Assembly (NCBI GenBank): GCA_047285805.1
Contig: JBJBCN010000003.1
Span: 96,001 to 160,000 of the forward strand
Direction of reading: 5' to 3'
Origin: Synechococcus sp.
GTDB taxonomy: Bacteria; Cyanobacteriota; Cyanobacteriia; PCC-6307; Cyanobiaceae
Length of the DNA stretch: 64,000 nt
Part shown: positions 56,570-64,000 of the stretch, piece after piece
How the letters are laid out: each line of letters starts with the position of its first letter
How positions within the stretch are numbered: the stretch's first letter is position 1
The notes under the pieces: generated by a model
What the model was told of the DNA's origin: nothing
The model's database searches: none
The model's input: only the letters and a program-made list of their open reading frames with translations
Position numbers and translations under genes: made by a program

Positions 56570-56849
56570 TCTGAGTTGAACCCTAACAAAATTAGCTCGA
56601 AATTACCTTGGATTATTTGTATATCTAGATCAACCAGTTATTTTCTAAATACGTTGATCCCGTGGTCGCCCAAAGGTGGCGACATGCCGATGAGGTTATT
56701 CGAGGTTAGCACTTCCTGATTAGTTTTAGTCTCAAGATTTTTCATATCACAAGTGGGGCGTAATAATGAATCTTCTCTTCCTTTCTCGCGTGCACGTATC
56801 CCGCGAGCCGAAGTCAGTTGCCACCAACACGAAATACTTTTTCGGATTG

Positions 56850-56992
56850 ACAAACTGAGTCAGGGTAGGGCACTCGAGCTAGTGGTCAAATCCGTGCGAC
56901 AAAGCCCTAATGGCCTAAATCAACGGCTGCTGAAGCTGGAACTCGCGGGACTTGTGCGCAGCGCTCAAAGCCTGTGGTGGGATCCCAGTTGA
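56850..56992 (+). pseudogene. dprA: Probable C-terminal remnant of dprA/smf
   Basis: GRALELVVKSVRQSPNGLNQRLLKLELAGLVRSAQSLWWDP resembles the DprA winged-helix end; directly upstream of prmC. Confidence 0.62.
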
Positions 56993-57017
56993 GCAATCGG
57001 TTCATAGGCTGAGCAAC

Positions 57018-57914
57018 ATGGAGGACTCGGTCACAGCCAAAATTCTGCTGAGCTGGCGACAGACCATGCTCGACAAGGGGGGAGAGGCAAGCGCGCTTGA
57101 CTGGTTACTGGATCTCAAAGGGGGTGTGCGCTGGCAGCAGCTGCAGGCGTTGCGTCTCTACCCCGAGTCCACGCTGGCGCTCGAGCACGACCTCGGAACC
57201 CTTGAGGACCTCTGGCGGAGCCATCTGCAAGAGCAGATTCCACTGCAGTACCTGGTAGGCCTCTGCCCCTGGCGGGACCTCGAACTCAAAGTGGCCCCGG
57301 GGGTCTTGATTCCCCGCCAAGAAACCGAGTTGCTGTTAGAGCTCGCCCTGGACTGCGTCGGGAGGGAAGACGACCAAAGCGACATGCAGTGGGCCGACCT
57401 AGGGACAGGATCCGGGTGCATTGCGATCGGATTGGCCAAGGCTCTGCCCGGCAGCCAGGGCGTGGCCGTGGACCGTTCCAGCGAGGCCCTTGATCAGGCG
57501 AAGGCGAATGCGGAAGCGATCCTGAACAGCGACGCGTTGACCTTTGCGCAAGGGGACTGGTGGGAGGCGATCCAAGACCGCTGGGGAAAGCTCAATCTGG
57601 TGGTCAGCAACCCGCCCTACATCCCAGCCGCAATTTGGGCGGGACTTGAGCCAGTCGTGCGCGATCACGAGCCGGAGCTGGCCCTCAATGGGGGGACCGA
57701 TGGCTTAGATGCGATTCGAGCCATCGCCGGCGGAGCCTGCGCAGGCCTGAAGCCAGGCGGTTGGCTGGTGCTTGAGCACCACTACGACCAGAGCAGCGCG
57801 GTGATTGAACTCCTGGACCGTGCTGGCCTGATCAATGGAGAGGCCCACAGTGACCTGGAGGGCATCCAAAGGTTTGCCAGGGCACAGCGACCCATGGAGA
57901 TGGAGGAGGCATAG
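57018..57914 (+). CDS. prmC: Release factor glutamine methyltransferase
   Basis: PLQYL, LIPRQETE, DLGTGSG and SNPPY motifs. Confidence 0.93.
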   Translation: MEDSVTAKILLSWRQTMLDKGGEASALDWLLDLKGGVRWQQLQALRLYPESTLALEHDLGTLEDLWRSHLQEQIPLQYLVGLCPWRDLELKVAPGVLIPRQETELLLELALDCVGREDDQSDMQWADLGTGSGCIAIGLAKALPGSQGVAVDRSSEALDQAKANAEAILNSDALTFAQGDWWEAIQDRWGKLNLVVSNPPYIPAAIWAGLEPVVRDHEPELALNGGTDGLDAIRAIAGGACAGLKPGGWLVLEHHYDQSSAVIELLDRAGLINGEAHSDLEGIQRFARAQRPMEMEEA

Positions 57915-57916
57915 CC

Positions 57917-58504
57917 GTGGGCCAGAGCCTCGAGGAGACAGCGTTTGCGGCGGCCCTCCAGCAAGGCCAGGCTGGGGTCTTCCCAACCGACACCCTGCCG
58001 GCACTGGCGACAACACCGGAGAATGCCGCCCTGCTCTGGCGGATCAAACAACGCCCGCAGAACAAGCCAGTGATCCTGATGGGTGCGTACCGCGAGCAGC
58101 TCTTCAGCAGCTTGGAGCTGCACCCCCAGCCGAGCTGGCTGGAGCTCATGAACCAGCACTGGCCCGGTGCCTTGACCCTCGTGGTTCCAGCCGCAGGCCC
58201 TCGGCTCGAGCTGCTGAATCCAGGCGGAACAGCACTGGGGCTGAGGGTTCCGGCCTGCGAGCAAGCGCGAGCGCTTCTGCGCATCAGCGGGCCCTTGGCC
58301 ACAACCAGCACCAATCGCTCCGGGGAGGAACCCTGTCAAAGCGCGGAGGACGTGGAGCGGAGCTTCCCTGAACTCAACCGACTGGCGCCCGAACCATGGC
58401 CCAAACCCTCCGGTCAGGCCAGCACAGTGATTGCCCTGGAGCCGGGAGGCGGATGGCGCTTGCTCCGCGCTGGTGCTGTGATGCCAAAAGAGCGACTGAA
58501 CTAA
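57917..58504 (+). CDS. tsaC: L-threonylcarbamoyladenylate synthase (Sua5/YrdC)
   Basis: FPTDT, IKQRPQNKP, WPGALT and TTSTNRSG motifs. Confidence 0.88.
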   Translation: MGQSLEETAFAAALQQGQAGVFPTDTLPALATTPENAALLWRIKQRPQNKPVILMGAYREQLFSSLELHPQPSWLELMNQHWPGALTLVVPAAGPRLELLNPGGTALGLRVPACEQARALLRISGPLATTSTNRSGEEPCQSAEDVERSFPELNRLAPEPWPKPSGQASTVIALEPGGGWRLLRAGAVMPKERLN

Positions 58505-58510
58505 CCGGAT

Positions 58511-58675
58511 ATGGCTTGGTTGCCCCTGGTCCTGGTGGTCCTGCTGAGCCTGCACGAATGGTTGTTCCAGCCCCTGCTGGACATCAGCGCAGCGCTGTTT
58601 GAACTCAGGCCGCTGCCCTGGCTGCTGCTCGCTGCTCTGGCCTGGCTGATGGCAGGGGCGTCAGCCAGTCGTTAA
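58511..58675 (+). CDS. Small hydrophobic membrane protein (54 aa)
   Basis: Manual translation: MAWLPLVLVVLLSLHEWLFQPLLDISAALFELRPLPWLLLAALAWLMAGASASR; CTG-rich codon use. Confidence 0.6.
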   Translation: MAWLPLVLVVLLSLHEWLFQPLLDISAALFELRPLPWLLLAALAWLMAGASASR

Positions 58676-58705
58676 GCCCTGTCTTGTCACGGCATCTGAG
58701 ACATG

Positions 58706-58731
58706 AAAAAGCCCCCGGCTTAGCCGGGGGC
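58706..58731 (-). terminator. Intrinsic terminator after psaAB
   Basis: GCCCCCGGC/GCCGGGGGC stem with an A-run on the + strand. Confidence 0.8.
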
Positions 58732-58779
58732 ACTTGGTCGTCCCTCAAGGGAAGCAAGTCATGAGTTGATCGTCAGGGA

Positions 58780-60990
58780 TCAGCCGAACTTGCCAGAGGT
58801 GGAGGCGATCAAGAAGGCGGCGTAGGTCACGAAGTAGCCCACGGTGAAGTGAGCAAGACCAACCACACGGGCCTGAACGATCGAGAGAGCCACGGGCTTG
58901 TCGCGCCAGCCCACCAGGTTGGCGAGCGGGGTGCGCTGGTGAGCCCAGACGATGGTCTCAATCAGTTCCTGCCAGTAACCGCGCCAGGAGATCAGGAACA
59001 TGAAACCAGTGGCCCAGATCAGGTGACCGAACAGGAACATCCAAGCCCAGACAGCGAGGTTGTTGCTGCCGAACGGGTTGTAACCGTTGATCAGCTGAGA
59101 GGAATTAAGCCACAGGTAGTCGCGGAACCAGCCCATCAGATAGGTGCTGGATTCGTTGAACTGAGCCACGTTGCCCTGCCAGATGGCGAGGTGCTTCCAG
59201 TGCCAGTAGAAGGTCAACCAGCCCACGGTGTTCAAGGCCCAGAAGACAGCCAGATAGAAGGCGTCCCAGGCACTGATGTCACAGGTACCACCACGGCCGG
59301 GGCCGTCGCAGGGGAAGGAGTAGCCGAAGTCCTTCTTATCGGGCATCAGCTTGGAACCACGGGCATCCAGGGCACCCTTGACAAGGATCAGGGTGGTGGT
59401 GTGCAGACCCAGAGCGATGGCGTGGTGCACCAGGAAGTCGCCAGGGCCGATCTGCAGGAACAGATCGTTACCACCTTCGTTGATGGCGTTCATCCAACCA
59501 CCCATGTAGGCGGCGCTGGCGTTGCTAGCGGCGCTACCGGCGTTGGAGAGGAGCACGTCGAAGCCATACATAGCCTTACCAGAGGCGGCCTGCACGAACT
59601 GTGCGAAGACTGGCTCAACCAGGATCTGCTTCTCGGGGGTACCGAAGGCGACCACCACATCGTTGTGGACGTAGAGGCCGAGGGTATGGAAACCGAGGAA
59701 CAGGGAGACCCAGCTCAGGTGGCTGATGACTGCTTCTTTGTGCTCGAGCATCCGAGCAAGAACGTTGTTCTTGTTCGCCTCAGGGTCGTAGTCACGGATG
59801 AAAAAGATCGCACCGTGAGCGAAGGCACCGCACATCAGGAAGATGGCGATGTACTGGTGGTGCGTATAGAGGGCAGCCTGAGTCGTGTAGTCCTTGGCGA
59901 TGAACGCGTAGGACGGCATCGAATACATGTGCTGCGCCACCAGACTGGTCACAACTCCCAGGGAAGCCAGTGCAAGACCAAGCTGGAAGTGAAGGGAGTT
60001 GTTAATGGTGTCGTAAAGACCCTTGTGGCCAGCTCCAAGGTCACCAGGGGTGCCGTTGGGCGGGTTATGGGCTTCGAGGATCTCACGGATGGAGTGACCG
60101 ATACCGAAGTTGGTCCGGTACATGTGACCAGCAATCACGAACAGACAGCCAATCGCCAGGTGGTGATGGGCAATGTCAGTCAGCCAAAGGGCCTCACTTT
60201 GGGGATGGAAACCACCCAAGAAGGTGAGGATCGCGGTACCAGCGCCTTCTGAGGTACCGAACACCTGATAAGCGGTGTCGGGATTCTGGGCGTAAACGCC
60301 CCAGTTACCGCTGAAGAAGGGAGCCAGGCCTGCCGGGTGAGGCAGCACGTTGAGGAAGTTGTCCCAACCCACGTGTTGACCACGGGATTCCGGGATGGCC
60401 ACGTGAACCAGGTGACCGGTCCATGCGATAGAGCTGAAGCCGAACAGCACCGCAAGGTGGTGGTTCAGGCGGGACTCAGCATTCTTGAACCAGGCCAGTG
60501 AGGGCCGGAACTTCGGCTGAAGGTGAAGCCAGCCGGCGAACAAGGCCCAAGCCGACAGGATCATCATGAAGATGGAACCCTGGTACAGCTCAGCGTTGGT
60601 ACGCATGCCGATGGTGTACCACCAGTGGTACACGCCGGAATACGCAATGTTCACCGGGGAGGAGGCGCCGGCCTGGGTGAAGGCGGTGATGGCGCCTTGG
60701 CCGAAGTGGGGGTCCCAGATCGCGTGAGCGATGGGACGGACATGCAGAGGATCGGCGACCCACTGCTCAAAGTTGCCCTGCCAGGCGACATGGAACAGGT
60801 TGCCCGAAACCCAGAGGCCGATGATCGCAAGGTGACCGAAATGAGTGGAGAAAAGCTTTTGGTAAAGCTTTTCCTCCGTCATTCCGTCATGGCTCTCGAA
60901 GTCGTGAGCCGTGGCGATCCCGTACCAAATACGACGGGTTGTCGGGTCCTGTGCCAGACCCTGGCTGAACGAAGGAAATTTCGTTGCCAT
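58780..60990 (-). CDS. psaB: Photosystem I P700 apoprotein A2
   Basis: [32 protein letters not shown]. Confidence 0.98.
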   Translation of the reverse strand: MATKFPSFSQGLAQDPTTRRIWYGIATAHDFESHDGMTEEKLYQKLFSTHFGHLAIIGLWVSGNLFHVAWQGNFEQWVADPLHVRPIAHAIWDPHFGQGAITAFTQAGASSPVNIAYSGVYHWWYTIGMRTNAELYQGSIFMMILSAWALFAGWLHLQPKFRPSLAWFKNAESRLNHHLAVLFGFSSIAWTGHLVHVAIPESRGQHVGWDNFLNVLPHPAGLAPFFSGNWGVYAQNPDTAYQVFGTSEGAGTAILTFLGGFHPQSEALWLTDIAHHHLAIGCLFVIAGHMYRTNFGIGHSIREILEAHNPPNGTPGDLGAGHKGLYDTINNSLHFQLGLALASLGVVTSLVAQHMYSMPSYAFIAKDYTTQAALYTHHQYIAIFLMCGAFAHGAIFFIRDYDPEANKNNVLARMLEHKEAVISHLSWVSLFLGFHTLGLYVHNDVVVAFGTPEKQILVEPVFAQFVQAASGKAMYGFDVLLSNAGSAASNASAAYMGGWMNAINEGGNDLFLQIGPGDFLVHHAIALGLHTTTLILVKGALDARGSKLMPDKKDFGYSFPCDGPGRGGTCDISAWDAFYLAVFWALNTVGWLTFYWHWKHLAIWQGNVAQFNESSTYLMGWFRDYLWLNSSQLINGYNPFGSNNLAVWAWMFLFGHLIWATGFMFLISWRGYWQELIETIVWAHQRTPLANLVGWRDKPVALSIVQARVVGLAHFTVGYFVTYAAFLIASTSGKFG

Positions 60991-61009
60991 TGGGAAAGGT
61001 CAGGAGAGG

Positions 61010-63313
61010 TCAGCCGACCGCAATGATGCGGGCCAGGAAGAATGACCAGGTGGTCGCGATGCCGCCCAGCAGATAGTGGGCAACACCGACGGCACGGCCC
61101 TGGGTGATGGAGAGCGCCCGCGGCTGAATGGCGGGAGCAACCTTCAGCTTGTTGTGAGCCCAAACGATGGACTCAATCAGCTCTTGCCAGTAGCCGCGGC
61201 CACTGAACAGGAACATCAAGCTGAACGCCCAAACGAAGTGGGCACCCAAGAACATCAGGCCATAGGCACTGGTGGCAGAGCCATAGCTGTTGATCACCTG
61301 TGCAGCCTGAGCCCACAGGAAATCACGCAGCCAACCATTGATGGTCAATGCACTGTTGGCAAAGTTGCCAGCGGTGATATGGGAGACAGAACCGTCGGCG
61401 TTGACGGTGCCCCACACGTCGCTCTGCATCTTCCAGGAGAAGTGGAAGATAACGATCGACAGGGAGTTGTACATCCAGAACAGGCCCAGGAACACGTGGT
61501 CCCAAGCCGACACCTGGCAAGTACCGCCACGGCCGGGGCCGTCACAGGGGAAGCGGAAACCGAGGTTCGCCTTGTCGGGAACCAGGCGGCTGCTGCGGGC
61601 ATAGAGCACACCCTTCAGCAGGATCAGCACCGTCACGTGAATCGTGAAGGCGTGAATGTGGTGGACCATGAAGTCGGCCGTTCCCAGGGGGATCGGACCT
61701 GCAGCCACCTTGCCGCCCACGGCAACAACAGAGCCGTTGAAGGCCTCACTGACTCCAGCAAGAGCGTTCGGAACTGTGGTACCAGCAGCGCCAGCATGCA
61801 TGCCTTGAATCCATTGCGCAAAAATTGGCTTCAGCGCAATAGCCGAGTCACTGAACATGTCCTGGGGACGGCCCAGGGCACGCATGGTGTCGTTGTGGAT
61901 ATAGAGGCCAAAGCTGTGGAAGCCGAGCCAGATGCACACCCAGTTGAGGTGGCTGATCAGGGCATCGCGAGCCTTGAGTACCCGGTCAAGAACGTTGTCC
62001 ACGTGCTTGGCGGGGTCATAGTCACGAATCATGGCGATGGCAGCGTGAGCGCCAGCACCAACAATCAGAAATCCGCCGATCCAGGTGTGATGGGTGAACA
62101 GCGAGAGCTGTGTGGGGTAATCGATGCCGATGTACGGATAAGGAGGCATCGCGTACATGTGCTGAGCAACGATGATGCTCACCGAGCCGCCGATTGCGAG
62201 GTTGACCGCTAGCTGGGCGTGCCAGCTGGTGGTCATGAACTCGTAAAGGCCGTTGTGACCATTGCTGGCTGGGAACAACAGAGGATCGCCCTTCTGGCTC
62301 TCAAGGACTTCCTTGATGCTGTGCCCGATGCCCCAGTTGGTCCGGTACATGTGACCGGCAACAATGAACATGACGGCCAGAGCCAAATGGTGATGGGCGA
62401 TGTCGCTCATCCAGAGGCTGCCAGTCACAGGATTCAGGCCACCTTTAAAGGTGAGGAAATCGCTGTAAGCCGCCCAGTTGCCTGTAAAGAAGGCGTTGAT
62501 GCCTGCACCGAAACCGGGGAAGAGCTGAGCCAGCAGGTCCTGGTTAAAGAACTCATGAGGCAGGGGGATGTCCGCCACGGAGGCGATGGTCTTGCCATTG
62601 AGCGACAGGGGGCTGCCGGCATCGATGGCGTCCATCAGCGCGGTGGTGGGCAGAGACACATGGATCAGGTGACCCGCCCAGGACAAGGAACCCAGACCAA
62701 GCAGACCGGCCAGATGGTGGTTGAGCATCGACTCAACGTTCTGGAACCACTCGAGCTTGGGAGCTGCCTTGTGGTAGTGGAAGACGCCCGCATTGAGCAT
62801 CAAACCGGCCATCACCAGAGCACCGATGGCCAGGGCCATGAGCTGGGTCTCAGTGGTGATGCCCCAGGCTCTCCACATATGGAAAAGACCTGAGGTGATC
62901 TGAATGCCGTGGAAACCGGCACCCACATCGCCATTAAGGATTTCTTGGCCGAATACAGGCCAAACCACCTGCGCACTGGGTTTCACGTGCGTGGGGTCGG
63001 CGAGCCAGCCGGAGTAGTTGGAGAAGCGAGCACCGTGAAAGAAGGCGCCGCTCAGCCAAACAAAAATGACAGCCAGGTGACCGAAGTGGGCCGAAAAAAT
63101 CTTTCGGCTGACCTCTTCGAGATCGCTGGTGTGGCTATCGAAGTCGTGAGCGTTGGCGTGGAGGTTCCAAACCCAGGTTGTGGTTTTGGGACCTTTGGCA
63201 AGGCTGCGATCGAAATGGCCGGGCTTACCGAACAGTTCGAAGGTGGCCGGGTTGTTCACCCGGTCGACCTGGGCCTTCGCCGTTTTCCCACGCTCTGGTG
63301 GGCTGATGGTCAT
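61010..63313 (-). CDS. psaA: Photosystem I P700 apoprotein A1
   Basis: MTISPPERG start at 63313; [12 protein letters not shown]. Confidence 0.98.
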   Translation of the reverse strand: MTISPPERGKTAKAQVDRVNNPATFELFGKPGHFDRSLAKGPKTTTWVWNLHANAHDFDSHTSDLEEVSRKIFSAHFGHLAVIFVWLSGAFFHGARFSNYSGWLADPTHVKPSAQVVWPVFGQEILNGDVGAGFHGIQITSGLFHMWRAWGITTETQLMALAIGALVMAGLMLNAGVFHYHKAAPKLEWFQNVESMLNHHLAGLLGLGSLSWAGHLIHVSLPTTALMDAIDAGSPLSLNGKTIASVADIPLPHEFFNQDLLAQLFPGFGAGINAFFTGNWAAYSDFLTFKGGLNPVTGSLWMSDIAHHHLALAVMFIVAGHMYRTNWGIGHSIKEVLESQKGDPLLFPASNGHNGLYEFMTTSWHAQLAVNLAIGGSVSIIVAQHMYAMPPYPYIGIDYPTQLSLFTHHTWIGGFLIVGAGAHAAIAMIRDYDPAKHVDNVLDRVLKARDALISHLNWVCIWLGFHSFGLYIHNDTMRALGRPQDMFSDSAIALKPIFAQWIQGMHAGAAGTTVPNALAGVSEAFNGSVVAVGGKVAAGPIPLGTADFMVHHIHAFTIHVTVLILLKGVLYARSSRLVPDKANLGFRFPCDGPGRGGTCQVSAWDHVFLGLFWMYNSLSIVIFHFSWKMQSDVWGTVNADGSVSHITAGNFANSALTINGWLRDFLWAQAAQVINSYGSATSAYGLMFLGAHFVWAFSLMFLFSGRGYWQELIESIVWAHNKLKVAPAIQPRALSITQGRAVGVAHYLLGGIATTWSFFLARIIAVG

Positions 63314-63778
63314 CGAGAGGTTCCTCGAGGGACGGGGTCGAGGTGGAGGTCCACCCTTCTGGTCAAGCGCTTCGACGAATCGAGGAGCCGCCAGTGGAGC
63401 CACGGACGCAAACCAAGGGCTCGCGCCATGGACGCCGGGCCAAGAAAACCAGCTCCGACCGAGGCCAAAACCGCTTTTCCTGACTGGCGCGTTGGGCCCC
63501 AATAAGGGGACCGCTGGCGGAAGTATAAAAGCGGAATCCAAGTCTCTTGGGCGAGCAGTTACAAAGGTTCAACCCGGAGCCGCGCCAGTCAGGGACTGAG
63601 TTCTCGCGGGAGCAAAGAATCATCAATTTTTCTCAGATTAAACCGGTCTTATTAAGCAAATCCGACCATTTCAAGCCTTCTATTTATCGAAATTGCGCTA
63701 GTCCTTCCGGTCGAATAGTCCGCAAACCTGCAGAATGTGGTCAGTGATTCGCCCAAACGAGTGGGGACAGCCAAGCGC

Positions 63779-64000
63779 ATGCGCCAATCGGCACTGAAGG
63801 CCATCTCGGCCCTAGTGCTTGGGGTCTTGCTAATGGTCACTAGTGGCTGCACATCCAGCTCCAGCGCACGAGGAAGCCGAAGCGAAACCTCCCCAGTCGC
63901 CAACTCGAAACCAAGTGCACAACTGCAGGAAGTTGCCCAACCGGGAGCAGTTCAAGAACTCAAGGAAAGGTTGAACGACCGGGCCCCACAGATCGATGTC
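63779..64000 (+). CDS. Hypothetical lipoprotein (partial, runs off the window)
   Basis: MRQSALKAISALVLGVLLMVTSGC lipobox-like signal, followed by LQEVAQPGAVQEL. Confidence 0.6.
   Translation, partial: MRQSALKAISALVLGVLLMVTSGCTSSSSARGSRSETSPVANSKPSAQLQEVAQPGAVQELKERLNDRAPQIDV

Larger units (their letters stand above)
51880..56850. other. Accessory genomic islet of lower GC between the thioesterase gene and a dprA remnant
   Basis: Compositional shift by eye; many small hypothetical ORFs; no integrase or transposase seen. Confidence 0.6.

Noticed and set aside
63314..63541. N-terminal extension of PsaA in the ORF track (similar extensions on metK, hemF, nrdR and prmC)
   Set aside because: Conserved starts lie downstream; the extensions are open frames in leader regions

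Overview
This window is from a picocyanobacterial (Synechococcus/Cyanobium-type) chromosome with a GC-rich backbone of housekeeping and photosynthesis genes: psaD, rodA, hemF, purM, panC/cmk, metK, rps1, nrdR, psbB/T/M, prmC, psaAB, tRNA-Cys and tRNA-Phe. Two visibly AT-richer blocks interrupt it. The first is a ~26 kb phycobilisome rod gene cluster (~15.7-41.9 kb, ending at tRNA-Phe) with phycocyanin, phycoerythrin I and phycoerythrin II genes, linkers, bilin reductases and lyases. The second is a ~5 kb accessory island (~51.9-56.9 kb). Main observations: (1) mpeBA and the PE-II linkers are intact, but the adjacent PE-II lyase gene mpeY is a heavily decayed pseudogene, and mpeC and mpeU are absent from the window. 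(2) The phycocyanin lyase set looks like that of PE-II-lacking pigment types, which suggests a chimeric or transitional antenna. (3) A GC-rich ferrochelatase gene (hemH) sits inside the antenna cluster next to pebAB. (4) The accessory island appears to have replaced most of dprA, leaving a C-terminal fragment. All family assignments come from motif recognition and recalled gene context; no database searches were run.
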